Of a stretch of 64,000 bases of DNA, positions 35,750-45,917 are shown one piece after another; position 1 is the first letter of the stretch, and every line of letters begins with the position of its first letter. A program made the position numbers and the translations under genes. Below the pieces are notes generated by a model that saw only the letters and a program-made list of their open reading frames with translations, was not told where the DNA came from and did not search any database. The DNA comes from Candidatus Omnitrophota bacterium (lineage in GTDB: Bacteria > Omnitrophota > Gorgyraeia > Duberdicusellales > 4484-171): the NCBI GenBank assembly GCA_024231025.1, contig JAAEQW010000120.1:2324-66323 (forward strand). Direction: 5' to 3'.

Positions 35750-36846
35750 GAAACATCTCCAATCACAACATTCTTATTCGCTATAGTTTCATAGTAATTT
35801 AATGTATTATCTACCATAATAGTACTAGTAAAATTTTGTCGATAAAAATCGTATGCTTCCCCTATCACTTCTTTCGTCTTATCTTTATTAGAAAACACAT
35901 AGGATATCTCCTCACTCAAAGCCAGACTATCACCCACTGGAAATAAAAATCCAGTAACTCCATGCTTAACTAACTCCGGAATTCCTCCGGCAGTTGAAGC
36001 AATAACAATTTTTTTCGAAGCAAAAGCTTCAACAATCGTAATGCCAAAAGTTTCATTTACAGAAGGCACAACTACAATGTCCATGTTTTGCATTAATTGC
36101 AAAACATCGCCCCGAAACCCTAAAAACTCAACTTTCTCTGACAAACCACTCGCCTCAACTTGACCTAGAAGCTCTTCCCTTAAGGGGCCATCACCAATTA
36201 CAATACACCTATAGTCTATTTCCTTCAAACATTTTAAAGCCTCGACTAAATAACGCTGACCTTTCTCGGGCGACAAGCGACCTACGGTCCCAATAATAAA
36301 TTGCTTTCCACTTCTTTCTTGCCTGGGAATACCCACCACTTCTTTATCGTCGATACCCGAATATATCACTTTAACACGATTTGGCCTCATTTTAGCAACC
36401 TCAACAAAATGATCTTTGTTTTGACTAGAATTAACGATAATTCCGTCGCAAAATCGATGAAGCAGGTGATAAAAAAAAGGGTACACATACATCTGCCATC
36501 TCTTCATCTTTTCATGAATTATAGCATTTAGCAAAGTGCAACAAAGTGGGATCCGGTAAAAAATATTGACTAAAGCAAACAACAAGCTGCATCTTGTTAG
36601 GTAAGTATTTATTACATCTACCTTTTCTCTCTTTAGTATTCTAAAAATACTTTGGAGGCTCTTGAGCGAAGAATAATCTACTATATAACAATTAACTTTG
36701 CTAGCTTTTAGCAAATCGGCCAGCGATCCAGACGACACAACAGTTACAAGCTCATGCTCCCTAACTAACAACTCCTTAACGCAAGAAAAAAATACATTCT
36801 GAGCGCCTCCCATTGTGGCTGAATCTATCGCTAGTAATATTTTCAT
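35746..36846 (-). CDS. Family 4 glycosyltransferase (GT-B)
   Basis: GGAQ, VGRLSPEKG and PSVNETFGITIVEA motifs. Confidence 0.92.
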   Translation of the reverse strand: MKILLAIDSATMGGAQNVFFSCVKELLVREHELVTVVSSGSLADLLKASKVNCYIVDYSSLKSLQSIFRILKREKVDVINTYLTRCSLLFALVNIFYRIPLCCTLLNAIIHEKMKRWQMYVYPFFYHLLHRFCDGIIVNSSQNKDHFVEVAKMRPNRVKVIYSGIDDKEVVGIPRQERSGKQFIIGTVGRLSPEKGQRYLVEALKCLKEIDYRCIVIGDGPLREELLGQVEASGLSEKVEFLGFRGDVLQLMQNMDIVVVPSVNETFGITIVEAFASKKIVIASTAGGIPELVKHGVTGFLFPVGDSLALSEEISYVFSNKDKTKEVIGEAYDFYRQNFTSTIMVDNTLNYYETIANKNVVIGDVS

Positions 36847-36847
36847 A

Positions 36848-37819
36848 TTAGCTTAACAACCCTTGCTTACGATAATGATCCGTAACATTAGATATTGCGT
36901 CTTTAATGTTAAAGGCCGGTTTCCAACCCATATCATTCTGCAATAAGGAAGCAGAGTAAATCTTTCGATTAGTTAGCTCTACAAGCTTAGCCGAATTGAT
37001 CGGCATACTACAATTCGTTAGCTTAGCAGCCCAATCAAGGACAGATACCAACATTTTAACCGGCCAATACGGTAAATGCATTATTGGCCTATCGTCAGCA
37101 ATTTTTTCCTTAATCGCTGCTATAAAATCGTTTAATTTTACAGGAGTATTTATAATATAAATATCACTGGCGACATCAACAGAAAGCAAACTAAAAATCA
37201 ATTCACTAATTTCCTTAACATAAAGATAGTTCAAATAAAATTGACTCCTGTCTCTACCAACAAAACAAAATCTGTTATTTTTAATTTTTGTAAATAAATT
37301 CAATAGGTGCTTTTCGGGATCATCTTCACCAAACACATTAGTTGGTCTTAATGTAATAACTTTTTGCGGATTCTGTTGAGAATATTTTTTAACTATTAAT
37401 TCAGCCTGCAATTTAGTCTTTTCATACGCATTGCCAGGCTGACAAGTCGTTTTCTCGTCAATCACGATATTAGCACTATTACCAATAACTCCAACGCTGC
37501 TTAAATAAATAAGCCTTTTAAGGCTACAGTTTTTTTCACAAGCATCAATTATGTTTTGAGTTCCCTTAACGTTAACTTGATAAAAAAACCGAGGATCATT
37601 TTTGCATCCAGCCATGTGTACAACATAATCAGATTGCTCAATGCCATGGTTAATTAATGATGTGTCAGATATATCTCCCTGCAAATAAACCAAGTTTTTT
37701 TTGCTATCTCTCTTCTGCCTAGTTAAAGCAACAAGACTGTATTCACCCTGACCACAAAGTTTTCTTAACATATGTTTACCGATAAATCCAGTACCACCAG
37801 TAATAAATATTCGTTTCAT
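36848..37819 (-). CDS. NAD-dependent epimerase/dehydratase
   Basis: TGGTGFIG, SSVGV, YEKTK and LRPTNVFG motifs. Confidence 0.88.
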   Translation of the reverse strand: MKRIFITGGTGFIGKHMLRKLCGQGEYSLVALTRQKRDSKKNLVYLQGDISDTSLINHGIEQSDYVVHMAGCKNDPRFFYQVNVKGTQNIIDACEKNCSLKRLIYLSSVGVIGNSANIVIDEKTTCQPGNAYEKTKLQAELIVKKYSQQNPQKVITLRPTNVFGEDDPEKHLLNLFTKIKNNRFCFVGRDRSQFYLNYLYVKEISELIFSLLSVDVASDIYIINTPVKLNDFIAAIKEKIADDRPIMHLPYWPVKMLVSVLDWAAKLTNCSMPINSAKLVELTNRKIYSASLLQNDMGWKPAFNIKDAISNVTDHYRKQGLLS

Positions 37820-37837
37820 TGTTGTCCTATTGAAAAA

Positions 37838-39118
37838 TTAAAGTTTTTCGGCTTTAAGGCAATTTTGAAACCACGGGAAAAACATAGGTAAAAGAGCCAG
37901 GCTCATCATAAACCAATAGATAACTGACTTCCAAAACGGAAAAATTACAAGAGATATGATCATGCCAATCAAAATAGCAACACAACCAAAAATGCGTTCG
38001 CGAAACTTATCGCCCATAGTCCTACAGCCTTTGACAAAAAATATTACTCCTGCAATGATAAGAGGCATCAGGCATGGTAAAAACATGAGCAAAACAGTAA
38101 TCCCTGATGCATGCCCCTCCGCTACAGGATGAGGTGAGCGTACGGTGCCCCGTAAAGCCAAACTAGCCGCTTCTCTTATGCCAAAAACTTGGGGCAACGC
38201 ATCTGCTATGTCATTCAGTCGAACAAACAAACTATATTTTATAGTGCCTAGACCAAGATTGTGCGTAAATAATCCAGGAAAGAAGAACGCGTACAAACAC
38301 AAAAAACACACCAGCATGATCGCTGATTTTCCAATCTCACTCCTTTGATCTTTAGACCCTTTGACTAAAACAAAGACGGTAACTATGAAAAAACCAACAA
38401 AAACTATCTTGCCCATAGCAAGAGCGACCATCGCAGAAAGAATTGCCGTACCGCCAACAACTCGATTGTTAGTCTTTGTAAAATGAAGCGGTAGAGCAAA
38501 CAAAAGAAATAAACTAACTAAAGTACCTGAGCGTAAAAGACCCGCTGGTCTAAAAACCCTTACATCATATGCTATTTGAGATAAAGGAGTAAACAAGGTT
38601 GACTGTACATCAGGAGCCCTGGCAACTTCATAGTAATGGCTAGACAATATTTGTGAAAGGCCGCCAACACCGGCGCTTTGCAATATCATCAATGGCACAC
38701 TCAAAAAACAAATAAACATCACCTGTTTATATATGATATCCGGCTTTTGGAAAGCAATCACACCTGCGGCAATAAAAATCATAACGTTTACTAAAAAAAC
38801 GTAACCCATAGAGCACCATGTTGAAGCAAATATTGTTGCAATAGTCTTTAACAATACTACGGTCACCGCAAGTATCAGTGGCCACGCTTTAGAGCGAAAT
38901 GCATAAAGAATAATGAAAAGAGCAGCCACATCATTAAACAAAACTACGATTTGGCCAATATAAAACGGCCTAGCCCACCCATGAGGCCCTATAACAACCG
39001 TCAAAAGAATGCCGGGAAATAGCCACCACATGCATACCTTCTTCAAATCATCTAGAGTAACAGCACCTCCGCCTTTAAATAAGTCTGATATTTTTTTAAT
39101 AAAGTTTTTGGAACCCAT
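37838..39118 (-). CDS. Polytopic membrane protein, possible polysaccharide polymerase (Wzy-like)
   Basis: About 10 hydrophobic segments with periplasmic loops (RPAGL); position between GTs. Confidence 0.5.
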   Translation of the reverse strand: MGSKNFIKKISDLFKGGGAVTLDDLKKVCMWWLFPGILLTVVIGPHGWARPFYIGQIVVLFNDVAALFIILYAFRSKAWPLILAVTVVLLKTIATIFASTWCSMGYVFLVNVMIFIAAGVIAFQKPDIIYKQVMFICFLSVPLMILQSAGVGGLSQILSSHYYEVARAPDVQSTLFTPLSQIAYDVRVFRPAGLLRSGTLVSLFLLFALPLHFTKTNNRVVGGTAILSAMVALAMGKIVFVGFFIVTVFVLVKGSKDQRSEIGKSAIMLVCFLCLYAFFFPGLFTHNLGLGTIKYSLFVRLNDIADALPQVFGIREAASLALRGTVRSPHPVAEGHASGITVLLMFLPCLMPLIIAGVIFFVKGCRTMGDKFRERIFGCVAILIGMIISLVIFPFWKSVIYWFMMSLALLPMFFPWFQNCLKAEKL

Positions 39119-39120
39119 AA

Positions 39121-40086
39121 CTAACTTACCCCTTTTTCAATCGGTTTAATACCGTACAATAATTTAATGAAAAAATTAAAAACACCCCAGGCTTTAAGCT
39201 TGTCCTTGGTCCTATACATCTTCTCCTGAGTAAAGATCAAAAACACAAAAGAAATTAGAATATCTCTTGGATTAAAACTTAAATTTAAAAAAGCCGGCAG
39301 CAATCTGAATCCTGCAGCACGTAGATCGCTTTTAAGGCAATTTTTATAGCCTCTCGCTATCCCTTTCAGCGATTTTTTATCAAGTTTATCTTTATACTTA
39401 TCAAGCAGATAAGAAAAATCATGGGCTATTATATGACGTCGAGAGTTGCTAAAATTCGCCTGATGTTTTCTGTAAACCGCCAAAGAATCTTTAGCATAAT
39501 CAAAGTTGCCTAAAAATGAAAGCCGCAGAAAAAGATCATAGTCCGGGGCATATATCATCTTATTATCAAATACTGTATCGAGCTTTTTTAACCCATCTAT
39601 TTTGATGACTGCGGTCTGAAAGCCAACAAAGTTATTTCGACATAAATGCTTAGTAACGCCACCTCGGTAAAAGTTCTTTTTTGGATCATGAACAACATAA
39701 TCAAAGTCTACAATCATATTTTTGGCGATGTAGTTACTATAAACCAAGACTGTATCGTCATTAAAAAGTTGGATCTGCTCGCTCAACTTATTAGGCATCC
39801 ATAGGTCATCACAATCAAGAAAGGCCAGGTATTGACCGGTTGCTTTCTCTACAGCTTTGTTGCGAGCTATGCCAAGAGTATCAAAAATATCAGACTTAAA
39901 ATACTTAATGCGATTATCATAGCTTTTAGCTATTTTAGCACTATCGTCGGTTGACGCATTATCCCAAAAGATTATCTCCCAGTCTTTATATTCTTGCGCA
40001 TAAACACTACCAATAGACTCTTTTAAATATTGAGAACCATTGTGACAATTCATTATTATGCTTACTTTTGCCATCACATTCTCCAC
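39121..40086 (-). CDS. Family 2 glycosyltransferase
   Basis: VSIIMNCHNG, WDNASTDDS, ARNKA, FLDCDDLW and DYDLFLR motifs. Confidence 0.92.
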   Translation of the reverse strand: MENVMAKVSIIMNCHNGSQYLKESIGSVYAQEYKDWEIIFWDNASTDDSAKIAKSYDNRIKYFKSDIFDTLGIARNKAVEKATGQYLAFLDCDDLWMPNKLSEQIQLFNDDTVLVYSNYIAKNMIVDFDYVVHDPKKNFYRGGVTKHLCRNNFVGFQTAVIKIDGLKKLDTVFDNKMIYAPDYDLFLRLSFLGNFDYAKDSLAVYRKHQANFSNSRRHIIAHDFSYLLDKYKDKLDKKSLKGIARGYKNCLKSDLRAAGFRLLPAFLNLSFNPRDILISFVFLIFTQEKMYRTKDKLKAWGVFNFFIKLLYGIKPIEKGVS

Positions 40087-41102
40087 TTAATCTCTTCATC
40101 TACTCTATTATCATCAATAAGCTTCCTTATTGTTCTTATTCTAAAATATTTATTGGAATCAAAACCTTCTTGAGTCAGATTAAACTTCCTATAGGCATCA
40201 TAAAGCTCATTCACCCCCATCTCCAGATCCCAAACTGGGTTGAAATCCAAGGTGTTCTTTATTTTTGAAAAATCAACTCTATAGGAGCGCTCATCAGACC
40301 CAGCTGTATTTTTTATTTCAACACGACTACCCACAACAACCTTTTCTACACAGTGAGCTATATCTCTAACTCGATAGTTCTCACTATTGCGACCCACGTT
40401 AAAAGTTTGATTGTGCACCTTATCAACCGGTGCTTGAACAATAGCAAGAAAAGCCCGGCAAAGATCCTCGGCATGAGCTATGGGCCGCCAAGGGCTACCA
40501 TCGCTTAATATGGTAACTTTTCCAGTAATATGCGCCCAGGCTAAAAGGTTATTCACCACAAGATCAAGTCTTAGCTTTGGCGAAAGACCATATGCTGTAG
40601 CATTACGTAAAAACGTAGGATGAAAATTACTATCTGCCAACTTGGCCAACTCAATCTCTGAATCTACCTTGGCCTTGGCATATGCCGTTAAGGGATCCAC
40701 TTCATCCTCCTCAGTAAGTGCCTTATCTCCTGGGGCGATACCGTAAACACTGCATGATGATGAAAAGAGATATCTTGATATGCCGATGCTTTTAGCAAGC
40801 TTGGCAAGGTTTACCGACGAAACACAGTTAATCTTATGAGTAAGGCCAGGATTTAACTCACCCAAAGGATCATTAGAGAGCGCCGCCAAATGAATAACAG
40901 CTTCCACGCCATCTAAATCACAAGCCTCTATGTTATCAACATCCTTGAATATCTGTCTGAAAGGCCTCTCTTGGGCCGGATAAAATTCACACCCTTTATA
41001 GTAGTCGGAATCAACACCAACAACCTCATGGTCCCTATCTTGTAAAAATTTTGCCATGACCGTACCAATATACCCCGTATTTCCTGTAACTAGAATCCTC
41101 AT
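40074..41102 (-). CDS. NAD-dependent nucleotide-sugar epimerase/dehydratase (extended SDR)
   Basis: TGNTGYIG, HLAALSNDP, SSSCSVYG and YAKAK motifs. Confidence 0.9.
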   Translation of the reverse strand: MRILVTGNTGYIGTVMAKFLQDRDHEVVGVDSDYYKGCEFYPAQERPFRQIFKDVDNIEACDLDGVEAVIHLAALSNDPLGELNPGLTHKINCVSSVNLAKLAKSIGISRYLFSSSCSVYGIAPGDKALTEEDEVDPLTAYAKAKVDSEIELAKLADSNFHPTFLRNATAYGLSPKLRLDLVVNNLLAWAHITGKVTILSDGSPWRPIAHAEDLCRAFLAIVQAPVDKVHNQTFNVGRNSENYRVRDIAHCVEKVVVGSRVEIKNTAGSDERSYRVDFSKIKNTLDFNPVWDLEMGVNELYDAYRKFNLTQEGFDSNKYFRIRTIRKLIDDNRVDEEIKWRM

Positions 41103-41121
41103 TTCTTTTATCTCCTTTAAA

Positions 41122-41574
41122 TTACTTATTCTTTATATCCCAGTTATAAGGTATTTTATCAGTACGAGGGTCTAGCCTGTCCATCTCTCCCGAAGTATTA
41201 GGCATTGTGGCACAATTAGCAACAATGGCCGGTTTACCACCAACAGCCAAATGACCATTCCAAACCAATGGAGGTATTTTAACGAGACAGTAGTTCTGAT
41301 CTCCAATAAATAGCTCCATTAGCCCTCCTTTTGTAGCAGAACCATCTCTGTCGTCAAAGAGCACAAGCTTTATCATGCCCTGTATAACCGCATAGTTTAA
41401 AGTCATCTCTTTGTGACTATGCCACCCCTTTATCGCTTTAGGGTATATAGTAGAAAAATAGATCTCTCCAAACTTTTCAAAAATAGGGTCATCATTGCGC
41501 AACATATGATAAATACACCCACGCTCATCCGGTATTTTTCTTAAAGATCTTACAACTACTCCTTCAATACTCAT
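41122..41574 (-). CDS. NDP-4-keto-sugar 3,5-epimerase family (RmlC-like cupin)
   Basis: DERG, KGWHSH, LFDDR..SAT and IPPLVWNG motifs. Confidence 0.85.
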   Translation of the reverse strand: MSIEGVVVRSLRKIPDERGCIYHMLRNDDPIFEKFGEIYFSTIYPKAIKGWHSHKEMTLNYAVIQGMIKLVLFDDRDGSATKGGLMELFIGDQNYCLVKIPPLVWNGHLAVGGKPAIVANCATMPNTSGEMDRLDPRTDKIPYNWDIKNK

Positions 41575-41595
41575 CTCATCCTCCTTTAATATCTC

Positions 41596-42825
41596 TTAAA
41601 TTATCTCTATTTCCGGATAGGGCTTTATGATCTTTAGCCCTTTATCCCTATATTTCTCAATACTTTTTACAATCTCATTAAAATAAGTATATGATGTAAT
41701 CAACAAATAATCAAGCGGCTGTTTGCTGAGCGCGTCTGAAGACGCTACTGGTATGCCAAGCAAAGGAATAAAGCGTTTTTGTTTGTTTATATCTGAGTCG
41801 ATAACGTAGTTAAAAAAATCCTCACCCTGATCGATGGAGCTTATCATGGTGACACCACGTGAACCTGCCCCCCAAGCCCCTATCTTTTTACCCTTGCTCT
41901 TTATCTCGGACAAACACTGCGATATATTCTGCCGCCAATCTTGATAACCCTTGGCAAAAGAATCAACACCGCTATAATCGGTGGCCAACTGATCAAGATC
42001 ATGATCTTGATCATTCGAACAAAAAATACGCAAAAACTCACCCTGGCTGCTCTCTATTTCGGTAACATTTTTCCAACCCAACTTCTTTAAAAAACTAATC
42101 AAATAATCGGATGTAAAATAATATATATGATCATAGTAGAAATCAAAATAAAGGTTATTCTCCATCAAAAAAGACACATTAGGCACTTCAAGAAATAAAG
42201 CCCTCTGATCCTGGGAAACCCTATAACATTTATTAAGCGACTCCAGATAATTTAAAGGATCCGATATATGCTCCAAAACATGTCTCAAAACAAACAGATT
42301 TATACTCTTACCTTCTAATTGCTTTTGTTGAGCTGGATCAAAGTAATCATTATGCACTTCTATATTTTCATATTTTTTTGCCATCTGAAATGTAGGAGAC
42401 GGCTCAAAGCCTACAGCTTGCTTGCAATAACGTGACATTTGTTCAAGAAAGAAACCATCACCACAGCCTATCTCACAAACGCTCTTACCTTTTAAATCCA
42501 TCATCTTTGCTACATCTTCGGCCAGCTGTTTTTGATAGTGCATAGACTGAGTTGAAAAAGACATAGAAGAATAATAGTCTGGATCCTTATAATCATGACT
42601 CTTTGCCTGCGAAGTAAAATAATCACCGTTAAAGACAATGCGACAATCTTGGCACATAACTATATCAAGTCCCGCACTTTGGCAGTTAACCGCTTCTCTC
42701 TGGCTTTTGTACAGACTCTGTGACGAAGCCGGCATCTTCGTTGCTCTAAGCAGCGGCTTAATGCCTCGGGAAGAACAAAAAATACACTTATCTATTTTTT
42801 CCAAGGCGCTATACCTTCTTGCCAA
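41596..42825 (-). CDS. NDP-hexose C-methyltransferase-like SAM methyltransferase
   Basis: N-terminal Zn motifs CIFC/CQDC; EIGCGDG; RHVLEH; C-terminal WGAGSRG...KQKRFIP domain. Confidence 0.82.
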   Translation of the reverse strand: MARRYSALEKIDKCIFCSSRGIKPLLRATKMPASSQSLYKSQREAVNCQSAGLDIVMCQDCRIVFNGDYFTSQAKSHDYKDPDYYSSMSFSTQSMHYQKQLAEDVAKMMDLKGKSVCEIGCGDGFFLEQMSRYCKQAVGFEPSPTFQMAKKYENIEVHNDYFDPAQQKQLEGKSINLFVLRHVLEHISDPLNYLESLNKCYRVSQDQRALFLEVPNVSFLMENNLYFDFYYDHIYYFTSDYLISFLKKLGWKNVTEIESSQGEFLRIFCSNDQDHDLDQLATDYSGVDSFAKGYQDWRQNISQCLSEIKSKGKKIGAWGAGSRGVTMISSIDQGEDFFNYVIDSDINKQKRFIPLLGIPVASSDALSKQPLDYLLITSYTYFNEIVKSIEKYRDKGLKIIKPYPEIEII

Positions 42826-43553
42826 AGACCCTCAAGAACATTTCTGTCTCTTATAGTATCCATACAATGCCAAAAACCTTCATGTTTATGCACCATCAAC
42901 TGCCCATCTTTTGCTAGATTCTCAAGAGGATCCTGTTCCAAAATAGTCTTATCACTCTTAAGATATTTAAATATCTCCGGCTGGAAAACAAAAAAACCAC
43001 CATTTACCCAGCCTTCACCGGTTTGAGACTTTTCTTTAAAATCAACGACCTTCTCGCCATCAAAACTCATACAACCAAACCGTGCCGAAGGCCTTACGGC
43101 AGTCACCGTGGCTATCTTCCCATGTGATTTATGGAACTCTACCAACTTCTCAATATCTACATCGCTAAGACCATCTCCATAAGTAAGCATAAAAGTCTCA
43201 TTAAGCTTACCCTCAAGTCTTCCAAGCCTTCCTCCAGTCATGGATTTTTCTCCGGTATCAACGAGATCTATTTTCCAGTCTTTGATGTTGTTATTTTCAG
43301 CAGTAATTTTACCAGTTTTTAGATCTATATTAAGATTGCTTTGATGATGATAATAATTTATAAAGTATTCCTTTATCATCTCACCCTTGTAGCCAAGAGC
43401 CAAGGTAAACTCCTTATATCCAAACGACCTATATATATTCATAATGTGCCATAAAATAGGTTTACCACCTATCTCTACCATCGGCTTTGGCCTATACTCT
43501 GTTTCCTCTCGCAATCGAGTGCCCATACCTCCGCACAAAACTACAACTTTCAT
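42792..43553 (-). CDS. rfbF: Glucose-1-phosphate cytidylyltransferase
   Basis: LCGGMGTRLREETEYRPKPMVEIGGKPILWHIM, TYGDG and GFWHCMDTIRD motifs. Confidence 0.95.
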   Translation of the reverse strand: MKVVVLCGGMGTRLREETEYRPKPMVEIGGKPILWHIMNIYRSFGYKEFTLALGYKGEMIKEYFINYYHHQSNLNIDLKTGKITAENNNIKDWKIDLVDTGEKSMTGGRLGRLEGKLNETFMLTYGDGLSDVDIEKLVEFHKSHGKIATVTAVRPSARFGCMSFDGEKVVDFKEKSQTGEGWVNGGFFVFQPEIFKYLKSDKTILEQDPLENLAKDGQLMVHKHEGFWHCMDTIRDRNVLEGLWQEGIAPWKK

Positions 43554-43554
43554 A

Positions 43555-44484
43555 TTAATCCTCCGATATTTTATAGAACTCTACTGTACGCTTCAACCCT
43601 TCTTCTAAACTTATCTGCGGCTGCCAACCAATCTTTTCCTTTATGAGAGAAGTATCCGCATAAAGCTGCATATTCTCACCCTTACGATAAGGATAAGTGC
43701 CCCACAAAGGCGTCCCTTTGCCTGTTATCTTAACAATTTTCTCAACCATCTCTCGGATAGTAACAGCCTGACCTGAACCAACATTAAATATCTTACCCTT
43801 GGCGCTATTTGACAACGCTAGCTGGGCCAAAGCCTGAACTGCATCCTCTACATAACAAAAATCACGAAGCTGCTTCCCCTCAGAGGTTTTAAACTCTTCA
43901 CCATTAAGACAAGCTTTTATTATTTGCGGTAAAAATCGTCGGTCATCCTGACCAGGTCCGTAAACCAGAAAGAATCTCGCAACAACCCCTGGAAAATCTT
44001 CGGTTTTGCTAATCATTTGTATAAAATGAGAGGCGGCTGTTTTTGCAAAAGAATACGGCGATATTGACATTTCACGCATAGCTTCATTCTGCGGTGCCAA
44101 AAGCCCTCCATACTCATCGCTTGAGCCGATCTGAACAAAACCTTTTAATCTGTCCCAATCAATGCTATCTAATAAATTCATCAAACCAATAAGATGAGCC
44201 TCTATCACTCTGCGCCCACCCTTAAAATAATGGGTATGATCTATATAGCCCCCTAAGTTAAACACGTAGTCAAAAGCTCTTGCTTTGAGAGCCTTCGCAA
44301 GAGAAGGCTTATCACATAAATCAGCCGTAATATATTCAACATCCTTAATAGGCTCTGTCTTCTCAGGCAAAGATAAAACGGAAACGTTCTCTGTATCCTT
44401 TAAGCATCTTTTAACCAGATGGCTTCCGATAAATCCCGTACCTCCTATAACCAATATTTTGTCTAAAGCTTTAAAATTTTTCAT
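43555..44484 (-). CDS. NAD-dependent epimerase/reductase (NDP-4-keto-sugar reductase-like)
   Basis: GGTGFIG, GSSDEYG, PYSFAK and QLRDFCYVED motifs. Confidence 0.87.
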   Translation of the reverse strand: MKNFKALDKILVIGGTGFIGSHLVKRCLKDTENVSVLSLPEKTEPIKDVEYITADLCDKPSLAKALKARAFDYVFNLGGYIDHTHYFKGGRRVIEAHLIGLMNLLDSIDWDRLKGFVQIGSSDEYGGLLAPQNEAMREMSISPYSFAKTAASHFIQMISKTEDFPGVVARFFLVYGPGQDDRRFLPQIIKACLNGEEFKTSEGKQLRDFCYVEDAVQALAQLALSNSAKGKIFNVGSGQAVTIREMVEKIVKITGKGTPLWGTYPYRKGENMQLYADTSLIKEKIGWQPQISLEEGLKRTVEFYKISED

Positions 44485-45917
44485 GATAAAAATAACTTAG
44501 AATATGTTACTAATGGCTGACCGATCCCCAATCTTTCTTTCATTTTTATGGAGCCCCCCCTTAAACCTACGCTACCCACCAAATCCCGTAACGAAATATC
44601 TTGATAATCCTTTCGCAAAGATCCTTCAATGCCTTCAATATTTATATACTGCAAATAATCAGAATTTGTGATTTGAATAACTGGCCGCCCAAGCAACAAG
44701 GCCTCTTCCAAAACTGTAGTGCTCATGCCAACAACCGTAATGGCGCCCTCTATGTCTTCTTTTAAACTAACGCCTTTAGACATCTGGATCAAACCTTTTT
44801 TAAGCTGCGCGTTTAACCATCTCTGCTTACTGCGCTTGATCTGTGCGTAGGGATGCAATCTTATTCTTATTTTCATTGGATCTTTAAGCTTTTCAACAAC
44901 TCTTTGCAAAGATGCAATTAAAACATCATTGTCAAAACTGGCAAGAGCACCCGCAAATAAATAATATTTTCCTTTTTTATCTGGATTAGCAACTACATCT
45001 TTCCAATGCGAATATCGATAGCTGCAACCTAAAAAAAACTTGGTATTGGCATAATAAGGCCTTAACAGGCCCATGATATCTTTGTTAAATACGTGCATAA
45101 CATCCGGCAAAGCCAAACCTCCCTCTATTTCCTCAGGGTGAGCAAAATACCACAGCTTACCCGGAGTAATCGCCGCGTGTTGAACCGCATAGCTTTTGGT
45201 TTTATACTTTTTGGCCACCTGCCAGGCTACCCTGGCATAAAAATGCATTTCGTGCACGCAACCTATTTTTTTAATATCGTATTTTTCTACAACTTGGGAC
45301 AACGCATGTTCAAGGTAATAAGCATATAGCCATCGCTGGCTTACTGCCCATTCAAACCACAGAAAGGTCAGCAATATCTTATCAAAAAGATTACCACGAA
45401 CTTGGCCGAAGGCATACGCTCCGCTCTTTACAAGGGCTAATCCGTACAACAGTTTGTGCCCTAATCCTAATTTTTCTATATCTTGTTCATCTTTACCGCA
45501 ATCCTTAGTCCGTCCAAAAACGAAGATACCGTCATCCTCATTGGTATAAACATAGGGAGTATGGTATACTCCATCCGACCCCTGTAAACCACACGTCGAT
45601 GATACCACCAAAATACTATCGTCTACTTTACCGTATACTGCATACTTAAAAGAGCTCGGACTAAAGGCTAGCTTAATCATGCCTTTAACGCCACTATAGA
45701 TTGTTCGGATCAAAAGACCGCAAAATAATCTTGCCTTGTGTTTTTTCCTATACCTCTCATGCCAAAGCATACATAGATCGGGACTCCTTGCACTCAAGGG
45801 AGATGCAAAGACCAATGACAACAATCTAGGAGGGATCACGTTTACCGCCTTGGATACAAATTTAATTGCTAATAATTCAAAATCATCACTAAACATTGCA
45901 CTATTTATTTGTTTCAA
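44481..45917 (-). CDS. Hypothetical polysaccharide biosynthesis protein (possible GT-B ulosonic-acid transferase)
   Basis: VQHA, RLHP and STTVLEEALLLGRPVI motifs, which resemble the HP and S..E patterns of capsule/sialyl/Kdo transferase-like GT-B proteins. Confidence 0.5.
   Translation of the reverse strand: MKQINSAMFSDDFELLAIKFVSKAVNVIPPRLLSLVFASPLSARSPDLCMLWHERYRKKHKARLFCGLLIRTIYSGVKGMIKLAFSPSSFKYAVYGKVDDSILVVSSTCGLQGSDGVYHTPYVYTNEDDGIFVFGRTKDCGKDEQDIEKLGLGHKLLYGLALVKSGAYAFGQVRGNLFDKILLTFLWFEWAVSQRWLYAYYLEHALSQVVEKYDIKKIGCVHEMHFYARVAWQVAKKYKTKSYAVQHAAITPGKLWYFAHPEEIEGGLALPDVMHVFNKDIMGLLRPYYANTKFFLGCSYRYSHWKDVVANPDKKGKYYLFAGALASFDNDVLIASLQRVVEKLKDPMKIRIRLHPYAQIKRSKQRWLNAQLKKGLIQMSKGVSLKEDIEGAITVVGMSTTVLEEALLLGRPVIQITNSDYLQYINIEGIEGSLRKDYQDISLRDLVGSVGLRGGSIKMKERLGIGQPLVTYSKLFLS

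Noticed and set aside
39121-44484. Apparent codon-usage shift suggesting a separately acquired sub-cassette
   Set aside because: Visual impression only; it cannot be supported without computing codon or k-mer statistics
44554-44560. C7 tract (G7 on the coding strand) and several A8/T8 runs in glycan genes as phase-variation sites
   Set aside because: The tracts are short, all frames are intact, and such runs are expected in AT-rich DNA
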